Below are positions 36,536-52,457 of a stretch of 64,000 nt of DNA, in pieces. Position 1 is the stretch's first letter. Each line of letters starts with the position of its first letter. Both the position numbers and the translations under genes were made by a program. Under the pieces are notes generated by a model that saw only the letters and a list, made by a program, of their open reading frames with translations, ran no database searches and had not been told where the DNA came from. The stretch covers positions 412,734,001 through 412,798,000 of the forward strand of contig OZ024740.1 in assembly GCA_964016885.1 (NCBI GenBank), written 5' to 3'. This stretch comes from Eledone cirrhosa. Lineage: Eukaryota.

Positions 36536-37858
36536 TATATTTAGTTTGATTTGTAATTATTTGGGAAACTAGCCGATAAATCTTTCGATTTCTTCTTTTT
36601 ATTCTTCTTTTTATTTTAATTTTTATTTTAAACATTCTTCATGAAAAATTAAACTACCCTAAAAGTTGATGCTCCAAATATATCGAATAAACGTTACACT
36701 AGATAAACTTCTATATTAAATATAAGAACATATGTAGACCAAATGGGTATCCTAAACTTTTGAAATGATTTCTGCTAGACGCGATTTGGTAAATAATTTT
36801 TAGCTTTATCTGTTTTCGACTCTGATGCTTATAATGAACTTGGCAATATATTGTCAATTAATTTTGAAGGGTTGATCTTTGTGGTCGATTTGCGTGGCAT
36901 ATTATGTTTTTATTTTTATTATTTTAATATTTTTTAATATTTTTAATATTGTCATTTTTAATATGTAATATTTTTCAGTTTTCTATTTTATTTATTTGTT
37001 TATTATTATTATTATTATTATTTTTTGTTTTTGTTTCTGATATTTTTATTAATATATTGAAATCTGTTCTCTATTTCTGCTTGATAGATAATCATGTAGA
37101 GTAAAGACAAGAATAGTATTGTTAAAATTAATATAGACTCTATATATATGTGTGTATATATACACATATATGTATACTTAAATGTTTATAGCACAATGAG
37201 AATGTTCTCCGTGTGAAATAGGGGTTTGCAGAGTTGATCACGTAAATTCACATCGATGTTTGTAGTTATCATATAAACATATGAATTTTCAAAACTAGAC
37301 ATAAGATCATTACTTTTCACACATTATAGATACGTGTCTCATTCAGGAATACTGATATTTACATTATAGTGCCTGGTTTTTATACGAACTAATATTTCTA
37401 CATTAAAACATAGGGTTTTTAAATTCTGCCTCGCCTATGTCTGGTTACTTTTCATTTTTCTCTCTATATAACGGCTGGTTTCTTTCCTAACCACATATAT
37501 CTCCCTTACATTAATACTAGAGCTAAATAAATAAATAAATAAATAAATGTATCATTGATACGTCGTTCAACTACCTACTTTTCTCTATATATATCTATCT
37601 CTATCTATTTCCTCTCTCTATATATCTCTCTCTGTTTCTTTACATGAAGTTCTTCTCTTTATCTATCTTTCCATCTCTCTATTTTGTTGCATGCATTTCT
37701 TCTTTTTCTTCTTTTTCTTCGTTTTCTTTCTTTCTTTCCTTCTTTCTTTCTTTCTTTCTTTCTGTTTACAATTTTTCACTGCCAAATCAACTATTTCAAA
37801 TACAAGTCGATGTTGAACGGTATGTCAAATCTATTTATCTATAAAACTGTCTATATTG

Positions 37859-37924
37859 TATTTTGTCTGAAGAAGGCATAACATATTGTTAATATGATAT
37901 CCCTGAAATATATATAATGAAATA
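37859..37924 (+). ncRNA. Type I hammerhead at PLE2 3' end
   Basis: tattttgt-CTGAAGA-aggcataacatatt..aatatgatatccct-GAAA-tatata-TA-atgaaata. Confidence 0.83.
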
Positions 37925-37964
37925 AATATGGTTTTATAAATATAGTTTCCATTTATTTAATATC

Positions 37965-38069
<105 letters not shown>

Positions 38070-38823
38070 CAGAATGGATTTAATACTTGGAAAACTATTC
38101 TTCCTAAGAGAAAAAGATGCTACCTTTATATATTTTCACCAATCATATAAGCCACTTTCCCGAATATGCATTTCTTTCAATCGGCAGGATTTAGTTATAA
38201 AGAAAATGATGTTTGCGACAAACAATGTTTAATTATAATAACCTTGATAGTCACAGACACTTCCACATTGATGATAAATTGCATGTGATAATCTATTTCA
38301 TTGAAACATCTATGTAATAACAGATATTGAGAAGCTGAGTGCCATTACACCTTTATCTGATAATGGAAACTAACCATTGAATACGTGCAATATCCTTTGA
38401 CATAAGCGTGGAACCCATTGAGAATAATACGTAAACAGATTCGTGATTGTATATCGATGTTGTCCTTTTAGGAAACACTTGTATTCCGTTTCCATCATAT
38501 TGCGAAGCGACTGGTTAGCGCGGGAAACTTAAATCAATATAACCAAATAACATATGTATCGATATTTCCAAAACGAAGGATTCTAAGTTCAGGAATATAC
38601 AAGGCTTTAATTAAGTGATTTATTTAATAGTTTCGAAATCTATCTTCACCTGAAGGACTCGTGTCCGAAATGATAATAAACTTTTCCAATTATTTCAAGC
38701 GTGAAACTAATATATTTATTCAACATACTGTGTCGTTTGTTTCGTTTATATCTGTTTAAACTCTCTCTTACTCTCTTTCTTTCCTTCTTGCTTTTTCCCC
38801 CTCTCTCACCCCCGCTCTCTTTC

Positions 38824-38899
<76 letters not shown>

Positions 38900-38906
38900 T
38901 ATATAT

Positions 38907-38965
<59 letters not shown>

Positions 38966-39167
38966 CACAATTTAGTATAGCATAATCGAAGCTCTGGCTG
39001 CAGCTAAGCTAACGAATGCAATCGGGGTGTGCAGCTAAGAACTCAATAAGGTATATTACCTTAGAGTTATAACATTACGTTTAGACAGCTTTGCGAATTG
39101 AAGACAGTGACCGATAGGGGCGTCGCAGTGACCTAAGCGACGAAAAAACTGAACTCAGGAAAATATG

Positions 39168-39251
<84 letters not shown>

Positions 39252-39261
39252 ATATATTATA

Positions 39262-39850
<589 letters not shown>

Positions 39851-41424
39851 ATGTATATAAATATATATATATATACGGATTAACAAATAATAGTTAAATG
39901 CAGTCCACTTAGGTGAAGTCCAGTTATGGTATTCCAGGTAGTGGATGATATTAACGCTTGGTTTGGTTTGACTCAACAAGGCGTTTTCATAGTGATGCTG
40001 CGGATATGCTGTAATTCCTATGTTGTAAATACTTGGAGTAATAATAAATCAGGAAAGAAGGTTTACATGGTTTGCTATACAAAAAAGTTTTTAATCACAT
40101 AGCTTACATTTGTTTCAATATATATATATATATATATATACATATACATATGTACGTATGGGATACATCGAACATTGATTATAATATTCGATTAGATATA
40201 TTTTCAGGGTTCGGATCTTTGTAATAGAGGCATTTTTAACATGTGAGTACTTTTCATAGTTTCTGTTAAAAAGTTGAACTACTGGTTTTGTTTGTTTTCC
40301 CCTCTGGTTAGAGGGTATTTGAGTACAGTTTCGTCGAAAACATTTATAAGTTTCTAAATTTGCTCTGTTACAGATCTTTTCTTTCGAGCGTGTGTTCATT
40401 GAGGAGTTGTGGGCAACAAGATTGAAGGTATCGTACAGCGATCTAAATTTCTATTGTATACATAGGTGATTTGGGAGTCTAAGCGCAGATTACTGAAACA
40501 AATGTCACATCACTCTACCGTTCCCTCGCATCACTAGTCGGATGTTGTACAGTTATCTAAAGCCTTGATATGATTTGGACTGTATATATTGTGTTTTTTT
40601 CTTGTCTTCGTTGACGTTTTACAAAACATTACTCCTATTCAATCAATGGTTTTGTTTTAAACACTATCATTGATATTTTTATTCACTTTCTTCTCTGAGC
40701 TTGAGGGGCTTATCATTTGTATATGATTCTTCTCTTCCATCATATATTTCCAATGACATCATACACCACCTCACATATATTATTGCAGTTGATATCTAAA
40801 GGGAATTAACGAAGGAGAGTTTAAAAAAAAACACTTTCTATCGAGATACGTGTTTGGTAATATAGCTTTTTTTCCTAGTGAGCATCCGTGAGAATATTAT
40901 CAATATCATAAGGATTAGAAAGAATACGTTATACAAGAGATCAATACTGTGCATTTATATGTGCTAATTAAACCTGTTTTTTACGATGGTGAAACGTAAA
41001 CGATTTTGTTTAGCATACACATGGTGTACTAATTGAGATTTTATCTGGAGGGTATCTTTCACTCTATAAAGCAATAAATAGCTAAATCTATATAATTTAT
41101 ATCAAGCAATGGATGTGAGAAATTATAGAAGCCATTGTATTGATATTAATATGTTGTTTTTGTTAAGTCATGACGACCTTATTTAAACTTACAATTCTAT
41201 CCTATATCAGCTTGGTATATTTTCAAATTTCAATATTTTCACAACTGTGTTGGCTGAAAAGTAACAACAGCACAAAACTAATTCTTCACAAATCTAATAC
41301 TCATTCGAAGGTAGATATTTCATTTAATGGATTCCTGATCGATAGCTGCTTACTTTTAATATTATCGCCTGTATACGGGATTATTAAAATCTTCGAAAAT
41401 GTAATTTAATCTTTTTCTACGCTA

Positions 41425-41560
41425 AGGCGGCAAATTAGTAAATTATTAAGAACATTCGATAGAATGATATGAGGTATTCGCCAGTGCTCTGTGCTCTTAC
41501 CTCAAATTACGCCACAGTCATCGGTGCCGTTCATACTTATGTTGCCGATAAGTTAAATTC
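41425..41560 (+). mobile_element. Old degenerate SINE
   Basis: Weak match to the family head (ggcggc..), B box and core (gccgttcatac..gccgataag). Confidence 0.45.
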
Positions 41561-43172
41561 CAATTCAATATTTCTTTTTTTCTGCTCCTCTCTCTCCTTT
41601 TCGCTTTTTTCTCTAAAAGAAATTGTATATGATTTATTTAAATGACACAACGTACATTAGAACGACATCCTTACGAATCCATTAGAATTTCATGGACCAA
41701 GTATGCAAGATAACGTTACTATCTGTCTGTGTGTGTTATTTAGAAACTCTCTAATTTAGGTTGAAATTTCTTATGTGTATTTTTACATTTAATCGCTTGA
41801 AGAGCCGTAAAATAGTTAGAGCAAAAATCTATCGGGTTAATTGTATAATAATTGTATTGTACATATATTATGATTTTAGCTTGTTTTTTATTACATTTAG
41901 TCCTGAACAGTTAAATTCCATTATTTCAGGTTGATATCTTCCCACAACAAAAATGCATATTGTATTTGGCTATTACAATATATGCCTGGTGTTGTTATAG
42001 TTTATACTTTGGTCGCTTTTACTGAGCAGATCTATGATCAAATCGAATTCAACCCTGATAATCCTGTCTTGGACTACATTACATCGTGGGTTTTTCGTTT
42101 TAAAAGAGAAGGCTTTTATGTGAGGGCTAGTTGAGAGCTCTACTTAAATGCTTGTAAAGTAAATACAAATTGATACTCATTGACTTTATTGAGTGATTTG
42201 AGAACTGGTGCGTCACGTTGTAATGATTGCTGAAGAAACAATGGATTGTTCTCGTTGTGATACCGTAAACCGTGGTTACGTGGAATGTTCGGAGCTACTT
42301 TTAAATAAGCAATAACAACTCTTTATGCCATCATAGTTTGTTAAATATTATTATTGTGAAAAGGATATCTTGATAAATCGAAACTTTCATTATCATTTAC
42401 ACTTTGTGTTACAGCATTTCCTTTAAATGACTTTAAACTCCGTAAAAATATGTAAGATATGTAGGTGACACACACGCGCTGAAATGTGCGTTTTTAGTGT
42501 TTGATTCTCGTATAATGGCTATTCCTTTTATTATACCAAACGTAGAAACAATTATTATAATTACTTATGATATATAGCAGAATTTTTATATATTTGCTGG
42601 GTAATATATGGCTTAACAAACACTGTCCCTGTCATCCTGAATTTGGCTGGTATTTTCTAGCACGAATAAAGACGACTTCAATTTTCACCTTTTGACCTTT
42701 CACCCCGAACAGGGCCGTTATTTCTGACGCGTTTCCAGACCAAATCTATGTCTACTTGTTTAGCTTCCACCCCGAATTTCGCTATTTTTAGCACATGTAA
42801 TGTCCATTTCGCTGGCCACTTTTACCTTTCACCCTGACTTTGACTGTTATTTACAACCAATCAAGTCACTTATTTGCTAGGACACAGGGGTAGTGCCCAT
42901 AAATGTAGAAACTGGTACCATGAACCTTGCAGTCGCAATGACCTTGACCAAAACTACTACGCGTGTGACGTTTGTGAAGAAAATTAGCATTTTCTATTCA
43001 TATTTAACACTTCTTGAAAATTGTTTTCAAGTTTATTCCTACATATCACTCCATTCGTAGTATGTATAATTAAGTTTTATTTTTTTGTCATAATTTCTCT
43101 GAAATTTATACTTTCTTTAATTAAAATGCCAATAAAATGTCTTGTACATATACCTTTTATTCTGTAATGTAT

Positions 43173-43232
43173 AGTTATGTTTAGTCTTAAAAGTAGCCCC
43201 GCGTCGGGGCTCCTTTGAAGACTAAACATAAC
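43173..43232. repeat. ~60-bp hairpin with GC-rich tip
   Basis: gttatgtttagtctt..agcccc gcgtc ggggct..aagactaaacataac. Confidence 0.8.
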
Positions 43233-44187
43233 TGTCACTATCTATATAACGAAGAAATATATTTTTACAATCTTTTGACAAACTTGCATATGAAAGGGCT
43301 TCTTTGAATTATCTCTATATTAGCAACATCTTTTACCAAAAAATTGATCTATGCGGATATAAAAGATGCAAAATTGATGAACATCATTCAAAGTAATCCT
43401 GATTTACGGTATCTAATTTTTTATTTTTAAAATGTGTATAAAATATTTACATCTTTAACCGGTCCCAGCTCGGTGTTTCGCTAATTACATCTTTAACACC
43501 TAGTTATATTTGGAGCCTTTCTGAATATATTTGTTTATATTTGAGACATTTTATTACAGTTTTGATATATAGTTTTAAATCATAAAAAAGAGATTTAATA
43601 TTTTCTTTCCTCATTAATTGTTCTACAACTGAACTAAACTTAAATGGTAGATTTGGCATATATTCTCAGTGATTTCAGCCGTGCCTAGTCGACGAAGAAA
43701 TCATCAATGATGGTGGAGCCTTTTCTCGTCCCAGCTCTTCTGCCAAATTGTTGTGCAGGATCAATACTGTAAGTGGTGAAGGGACGAGTTCCCAGCAAGC
43801 TCGTCAACGTTTGTTTCACCGAATCTCTTTGCGGGTGATGTCACTTTATTTTCATGATGATTAATCATAATTATTTTACCATATCTTGTTTAATCTTAGT
43901 TTATATCTTAGAGATATTCTGGAGATTGTCACGTATTTTTAAATAACGATGTTATTTTGTTACATTTGATTAAATTGTTGACCAACAACACTCACCGAAA
44001 GAAGTCCTTTTCTATTCGATGAAAATATTCATAGCTATTGTTATCCATTTAAGGAACACTTGTAAGATTTATAGACGGCATACAACAAAGGAAATCAAAG
44101 TTATATTCATAAAATTTTAGTTTAGGTAATAAATGTTTCAGTTTGAAACTTTTTAAAATACTATAGTGAATTATAAGCCCCATCAAA

Positions 44188-44372
44188 ATAATTGTTTCTA
44201 CTTTAGGCACAAGGCCAGCAATTACCCAGTGCATTACTGCTACTTTATTTTATCGACCCCATAAGGATGAGAGGCAAAGTTAACCTAGGCGGGATTTGAA
44301 CTCAGAATGGAAAGGGCCGTAATTCTATGCGTCAAAGCATGGCGTCCGACCCTCTACCGATACTGCCAATCC
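44188..44372 (-). mobile_element. tRNA-derived SINE
   Basis: Family match. TSD aagccccat(c/a)aaaataat. Confidence 0.92.
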
Positions 44373-46559
44373 AAGCCCCATAAAAATAATGAACGGAAAT
44401 GATGTTCTAATTCGATCGTTGCTTTGAATAGGAAATAAGAATAAATATCTAGACAATATCGTCGGTAGAATATGGGCGAGACATAACATTTTATGAGAAC
44501 GGCCCTGATTTAGCAGCACATTTTCGTTGTAAATTAACTAAAATCCCCAAACAATACAGTCTCTTATTTCTTCTAATTATTTCATTACAAACAGGAGTCT
44601 TGGGGAGACAGAATGACGATAAAATACATAAACAGGTATATTAAACTGGGAGATATGGAAACATATTTCTCTTGTGATGATCCCCGTTTTTAATGGATTA
44701 ATTCAGATTAAGTATTAAACGTATCCATCTATCAGTAAAATGAATAGCTACGTATAATTATCGCATTCTCGATAGACAGGTAAGTATTCCCTTATTGCAA
44801 ATGGAATTTATTAAACCTGTAGGGAGCTACTATATTTCTTATATTGTTTGGGGGGGAGCTAAACAAAAATATTAACTTATTTAGTATTGGTAATTAATTT
44901 TATCGATGCAATAATAATTCGTTTTACCCTTAGAATTACGTATCATATTTTTGGTATGAATGTATAGTTGATTCAATATACTTCAATATACATGTCTGGT
45001 ATAAATGACTGGTACTTATCTATCTAGTAATCGTAAAATACAATGCCAGCCAGGAAACAATTTCAACTGAAGATATTTAAATCAATGCGCTCACTTTTCT
45101 GCCAACGCATGTGCAAAAAATATTGAAATTGTAAACATAAGTAGGGAATGTTTTATATATCTTTTTTCAATCATGCTCTCACGACATAACAAAAGTAGCA
45201 GCAGTTCTTACACAGTATATTTTTATTCATTTATGCAGCATTGCTCGCTAGAATATGCCTACTGTTTTGCGTGATGCTCAATTTGCTACACATTTCCACC
45301 ACCACCCTCCCCGAAAAAACGTCAATTATCAACATGCCTGTGTGCAATATCTTACAAAATAATTGAAAGGAAAATTTGTCTTTTATATATACTTTGCACA
45401 TTATTACATATAATGCATTTCAATGTTCTTACTATTAGTGGTTAGCAGAATACTGAGCTTATATCCGTGCGTATGTGAGCATCTGAGAGTCTGTGTAGAT
45501 GTGTATGCTATTGTGTTTAAGGGATGTTCAGCGATTAATGTTAATTTGTAGCATTGTCCGATGTAAGTATGTGTTCTTATACATTTTTGCCCGTGTTTTT
45601 TTACTCTATCCATCCTTACTTTTAATATGATTGTGTGTGCCCTTTGTTCGAATCGTTTACATTTTTCTTTATGTATAGTTTATAAATAATCATGAGTATA
45701 CTAAATAATATTTTCTTTTACATGATATCATGACATTAACTTTCTCTTGAAAACTTTGTTTTGATGATTTACCAATATCATTTTCCTTCAACAATTGGTG
45801 TTTCATATTGTATCTTCATCTACCGATTGCTGCATAATGAATTATAATCATATAACACATTAAATTATTCAGGAGCTTACCCTTGAGAATTATATAGATT
45901 TTACAGTTAAAATACTAGCACATTCTTTCTGTATCTTTACAATAACTCTAATATCCTAACTGTCATATACGCAGTATTTAGAGAATTTTACGCAAATCAT
46001 TAGAATTGAGAATTCTCAAAGGTCCAAAATGTTTGAACTTGTATCATTCCATAATTAGTAGTTTAAATAAACTACACGAATGCATATTTGGTATTAAGAT
46101 TAATTAGATCAATGTAGTGAATTCACTAAGTTATGTTATCGGGCGTCTACGTATGGTATTTCCCTATATCAGTCAGATAATTTTAAACGTTATTCACCTT
46201 TTCAGTTATGGCGCTTAGTAGTTCTATATACAAAGAATGGAGAATATTCAAAGCAAAGAAGAAACACTAGAATATTACGGGGAAAATGAAGTAAGATATT
46301 TAGCATTATTAAAGGTTTTGGTAAAACATTATGCGGCATATATTAGAAAGTATTGATATGCACACTTCCTGCGTAAAGTGGAATTAAAAGCTACTCATTT
46401 GTACAATAAATATGAGCACGAACATAACAGAATACTAGATAAATCAGAAATAGACACTTTTGATGGCAATTTTTATATCGAAGCCTGTAGTGCCGAAGTT
46501 TGAAATTTATGAGGACATGGAGATTTCTTGTGAGATTTGAGGTGACATATATATATATA

Positions 46560-48060
46560 TATGAGCCCACTCTCCACTTAGTCGGTCATGCAGCGACTGA
46601 ATCTCCAAACTAAAGGACACGTGTATGTATGAGTTCATATATATTTACGGAGTCCGAGCACGCCTTAGTTATCGACGGTGACCGGTGCGACGAGGAAGCG
46701 GCCGGATATGCCCGGTTATTTGCTTGTCGTCCTTTCCTCTGCATTGCGGGCCGCCTTATCGAGTTTGTGACCAAAGCAGCTACGTTGGAGGCGGAGAAAG
46801 TCACACAGCATGGCGTCCAAGATGAGGGATTTACCTCCATCGAATGCGAAGTGGGTAATTATGTCGGGCTGCGTGCCGTCTCCGCCATCGAGGCCTGCTA
46901 ACTAGAGTTTTGATGGGAAGCCAGCAACATCCAGGCTGCTTCTGAAAATGTTCTTAAGAGTGACATGTCAGAGAAACCGGCCTGCGCTCTGATGAAATGA
47001 TTGTGAGCGCATGTTAAACTCATCATCAACAGACCCACATCGGTATCTGTAATGCTCACGCACGCGGAGGCCGAGGCGTTAGGCCACTTCAATGCGAGTG
47101 CATTCGTCATCACGAAGGTTTTCGTTTGATGAAGAGAGCCCAAATTATGCCACGTACCATTGTTTGTATGCCAAGCAGATCGGAGGCCGGCAATGTAGTA
47201 TCGGTCCACACTAAACATGATACGCCTCAAGGAAGATCTGCACTTGATATCGTCCCAGTTACATTGGACATGTGTATACTAGGGGACAGCGAGTCCCTCA
47301 TCAGTCCAGTCGGCTAGAGCCTGCTCCAGTTCTAGGGACAGGTCAGTTTAGGGTGTCTTGCTGAGGAGCTCGCTGATGAGGGTGTGACTGGAGGAGATTA
47401 AGGAGAGCTACGCATGCAGTGCCAGAGCCTAAGATGATCCAATGGCCGAAGCTACCGTATCTCGCCACCATCTACGCCAGTAGCCAGCCGACTCTGGCAA
47501 AACTGACATTGCAAATGAGTTCTTCATAGCGGCGCATGGTGGCCTAAAGTTCACAAAGGTCTATCTGTGTGGGGGTGACATGGTGCACCGTGCAACGTAA
47601 ACAAAAGATTTGGAAGGGCGAAGCAATTCTTGAGGAGGAAAACCGCAGGGGTAGCGTTAAGGAAGCGCAGCCTATCTGCGCTTCTCAGCAGGTCTGCGTA
47701 CTTGGTCGAAGCATGCTCGTATGGCTTTCGAGGGAATTGAAGAGACGAGAATTTAGACAGCATTTTGGGGCGATTGCCGAGCAACGAACCAGAGGCGATA
47801 GGTGCTGATTACAGCATCGAAAAATTTAGCCTCTCCTGAGCTAACGTTTCTCACCTCGGACTTGGGATCCGAGAAACTTTAGAGCTGGGGTGCTTAGACG
47901 AGAGTGCTCAACTACGGTCTCAGCCGAACCACCCAGTGTCACGTCGATCAGATACTAAATATCGAGGAGCGACCGGACAGAGCGAAAAACGCCATCACCG
48001 GATAACACGAAGAGAAGCGGGCCGAGTGGGTCTCCTTTCTGGAAGTTAGAGAGGAGCCCG
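46560..48060 (-). mobile_element. Decayed CRE-clade (restriction-like endonuclease) non-LTR retrotransposon, 3' part
   Basis: Minus-strand motifs across stops: QKGDPLGPLLF, YLIDVTLGG, LLKNCFALP, RLGLRV..RCG..AGRF*H, DGTQPD..GKSLILDA, APVTVDN*GVLG. Confidence 0.8.
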
Positions 48061-48239
48061 TCTCGTCCCCACCATCGAGTTCCTTGCTATCAGGATCTCG
48101 AATGTGATGGCCGGAAAATTGAACGGTTTAATCCTATACTCGGGCGCCACCCGAGTCAAGTGTTCCATGCTTAGTCCATGAGAGTGTGCACTACCAATGA
48201 GGTCAATCTATCTGTCTAATATAAGTAGCTTTAAAACAA

Positions 48240-50350
48240 TGCAAACATTTCAGCTCATAATTAATGAGATAGAGAGCAATGGAATAAACGAAAAATGTCA
48301 AAGCATGACTGACAGTGGTTTAGACGTCTTAGTTCAAATGGCATGTATGAAAATATTATTTACTAGCAATGATTAGTTAAATTTCGTCTATGAAAGATAT
48401 CGTTATCTATGTTATTCAAGGATAATTCTATATATATTTCAGCAGAAATAGATTGCATCTAATATTTCATTAGATTTCATCTAAGATTGCTGTTTACAAC
48501 TAATTCCATGATTGACAGAGAAAACGTCTGTTGTAAATATCAGTGTAGACACAATACGCTACATACCGGAATAAATGTGATTGTGTGGGAACTCAGGAAA
48601 ATGTCCTCCGGCGCGAGGGGTTTCATCGCTGCGCACTGTGAATAGTAAATGTATTTGCAAAATATCATGCATACAAACCAAGCGTTATTTCCCAAAATTC
48701 AAGAAGGTCCATGCAGTCAGGAATCGGAGCGAATTGTCAATGGCGTTCAGTCCTAAATTTCATCAAAGGAACGTGTCCATGATAGCCACAGTACAAAAGC
48801 TTATCTCTAATACAGCGATAGTAGTAGTTTCACAACGTGGCAGCATCACGTGAACTTCAAAAGAGGAAGGTAGATCAAAGCACACTATTGGCGCTTAAAT
48901 TCAAACTGTTTGAAAATCCCGCCGTATATCCTAACCAACGATGTTATATAAATAACAAAATGGAAGTGCATAATACGTAGAAATCGAACTAATATCGAAT
49001 ACTCTCATTTGCATATGAAGCTGTATAAGTTGTAAGAACATAAAAGCCAAATCGAAGTGACCATTGAAGGCACGGATCGGGAATGAAAGAAACAGATATA
49101 CATATACTGTATAAAACTCTGGCAGATTCGGGGAAAAAAGCCATTACGACGTTTTCTTATATACTATAAAGCAATGTTTACCTCTATAAATTGCTTGTTG
49201 GTTTCTTTATTTACTGCAGCTTTGTCAGTTGGGATGTATTAAATGCAATTCATCTATATTTAACCTGTCCCAATAGAAATAATGGATTAAGTTAATTATG
49301 AAATGTGTCAGAATGTATGCAATATGTTTCGGGATTTGATGGAAAAACGGCTATGGTTTCTAATTTGCGAATACATTATTGCTATAAATTAATTTGATAT
49401 TGTAGATAGAAATAATGCCCCACAGACGTAGGGCAATCATTTTCTGAGCGACCTAATATAGCTAGTTATTGATGGCTCAGTTACAAGAAAAATATAAATA
49501 TATTGGTAATTCTTTTCTATACTTACTAAATATAAATGATTAATACACAGTAATTTTCTATGCATATGCCTACCAATACCTACATTGCGATGCTGCTGCT
49601 ATAAACTGCATTAAATGAAAATGAATATGCACATACATTGACATAATTAAATAACTAACTTCAATTTTCAAAGCACACTGTCTCGTTAAGCATAAAATCG
49701 AACACAATAACAAAGTAGTTTTACTGGATATTTATTCGCATGACTAAAAGCATTGCATGTAGCTATTTGCTAAAATAATGTACTGATCTATGGTTACCTT
49801 CTACTCTAGTAATTAATGTCTAATATTCTAAAACTCAACTCGTAAAATCAGTCAACCGTCTATCAATTATGGTTTCCCACAGTCGAATTGTATTTGTTTG
49901 CAATGATCAAAAGCTTTCCTCATGGACATAAAACCTACCAATTGTTTCAAATTGTGTCACGATATTTTCCTTTAAAAACCAAACACGATAAAAACGTCCC
50001 TTTTATTTTGAGCCGTACTATTAGATAAATATGTTTAAACACTTTGTTCTATATTTCATTAGTATTGTATCTAGGAGCCACACTCATTATTTAAATATAT
50101 GCAGGCGTCTGATCGCGTGATCAATGTAAACTGTTTTCAATTATAAAAAAACAAACGAATCCGAAACAAAGATGAAGGCTTAGTTAATATTCTACGGTCA
50201 GTGGATCTATCATTATCTACGTACAATGTAAACCGAAAGCAAGTACGATTAGTTGAACAGATTGTCTGAAAACGTATAATTATAAAGAACTTCAGCTGTA
50301 AAAACCAGAGCTATGAAGAAACGACGTTCGTTAGTGTTTACAAGAATTGT
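48240..50350 (+). mobile_element. Possible heavily decayed hAT transposase remnant
   Basis: Only scattered motifs (VVNISVD, IMHTNQALFPK resembling CxxHxQAL, ESKY..NRLS). No TIRs found. Confidence 0.3.
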
Positions 50351-50859
50351 CAAGATATTTTGATGTATTTTAAAATCAATGAAATATTTGGATATTTTCC
50401 AAGGATCGTTCTATTTCACTGGATCTATATATGATATATAAACACACTAACTATTATACTTATGATTATAAGTTTGATAGTCTATAGTAATATCAACTTG
50501 TCTTCCTGTTTGTATAATTTGGCGTTACGTTTGTTTTGTCCTCCAGCGTCGATTTAGTAACCATATGAAGTAGTCCAGCATATCGATAATGAAAACAGCA
50601 GTAAATTATTGTGATTATAATCATACAAATCCGCTTCACTAATTATATGTTTTTAAAATGTTTTATTAACATTTTAACTTAATCGGTATTATCATATTGT
50701 ATAATTCCGCAGGTGAAGAATACATCGTTTTATGTTTCAAGATATTTCAGTAAAATAATTGTATTTAAATTGATGCATCTAAAATTGGCTCACTGACCGC
50801 AGACCCCCAGGGGTAAGTGGGGCATTGAATGAACAATACAAAAGTGTTTTTACACATTC

Positions 50860-51765
50860 AAATAAAACAGCCACATGAGTTCATTGACACCAATGGTACA
50901 CAGAGAAATGGCAACTATCAACCACACAGATATAAAGGTGAAATATGTAATATCAGCCATAGAGGAAATGAAACAAAATTTAGTAGCTCGTCCTGGTTAT
51001 TTCCCATCAATCTTCCGAAAAACATGCAAGCAAACATTAGCAAAACCACCGCAGATTCTCTTCATGAGATCCCTTGCAAGGGGTAAACTATGCGGAAAAC
51101 TAAAAGAAGAGATAATAAGCAGGAGGTTGTGCAGATGGTAAAAACTTCAGAACCTGTCTCCCTGACCTCACATATCAGTAAAGCCATGGAAGGAATTATG
51201 AAACAAAATTGATTATTTTTCCAGAGGGAAAAAGTCTTCTAACTAACACCCAGCATGACTTTCGCCCTACATCTTCTGCAGCATTATGACTAGATTCTCA
51301 AACAGCTGCTACACCGTTCGAACGTGGATGTGATATATCTCGAATTTCATGTTAGAAAGATATGTAACAAACAACGTAGCTTTGTCATAGCAAACAAAAC
51401 TAGTTGAATCGCTTCATGATTTCTTATAAAACAGAAGCGAGAATGTTGCAGCCAACGCGGCCCTCTCGAAGGAAACTTCAATAACAAGAGGCGTGCCCCA
51501 GGATACACGGACAAAATATGCTGATAATGCGATGATAGCACAGGCAATCAAGAAACCGGCTGATGCTCCCCTCTTACAACAAGATTTAGATGTCATATGG
51601 GTAAAAGATTGCAATATGCAATTTAATGCTGATAAGTTTCAGGCCCTTCGCTACCAATCCACAAATATAGGAGCACTACAACAAAGATACACTGGACCAG
51701 TAGGAATGGAAATCCTCGAATCAAATCAATACGGAATCAATACGGGATCTAGGTATTGACATCAG
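50860..51765 (+). mobile_element. Decayed CR1-group LINE RT fragment
   Basis: PVSLTSHISKAME, TQHDFR, VDVIYLEF, GVPQ, YADN, LQQDLD..W..MQFNADKFQ. Confidence 0.8.
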
Positions 51766-52001
51766 CAATGTTACTCTATTAGTATATTAAGTGTATCAAT
51801 CTGTTGGCTAGAACACTTAATATAGTAATCGAGTAAAATCTCCTGCGAGTATCTCAAATGCCATCTGCTTATGCATGTGCTGTTCAATAGAGACGTTCAA
51901 TTATTATAAAAACTTTCTAGTGTTACTAAAATTAAAATATAAAAGGCAAATGAATACCATTAATTGACATTTTCCATCTTACGAGCAATTACACATACTA
52001 C

Positions 52002-52457
52002 TGTAGTGACCTACATTCCGCGGGCTCACATACATTCTATGTGCGTGATTTGGCTCAGCTCAGCCAATCAGCGCCAGGGGAAGAGGATGTATCTCTACGC
52101 GTTCTGGGGGAGAAATAGCCCGCGAAGATTTGAGGAATCTTGACTTGCAGCTCGACCACGCTAAGGTAAAACACCACTTATTCTTATGCTCCGTAAGCAC
52201 GAGCAATACGTAACGACACAACAATTTTACTACGGACCTGGCCAAACACCTCAGCCAGTCGACCGTATTTTCTCTTGTAATCTTAATTGAATTATTTCAT
52301 TATTCTTGGCATGCCAACTTAATTCACTTCTTAACCTTTGTTAATAAATTATGTAAAAACAAGCTAAAGTCGTTGTCGATATTCCTATCATATCTTTCTA
52401 CCAAACCTGGTTCCTCGTGGCAACATTACCAACTTCTAAATATCACTCTCCGCTAAA
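52002..52457 (+). repeat. 5' LTR
   Basis: tgtagtg...gctaaa, with CCAAT and aataaa inside. Confidence 0.92.

Noticed and set aside
42630-42850. Degenerate ~70-bp repeats (cctttcacccc..)
   Set aside because: Too diverged to define a unit or function.
44595-44779. Possible host exon (pyrimidine tract-CAG ... CAG/GTAAGT)
   Set aside because: The frame I could read hits a stop, there is no recognisable protein and no partner exons. It needs RNA-seq.
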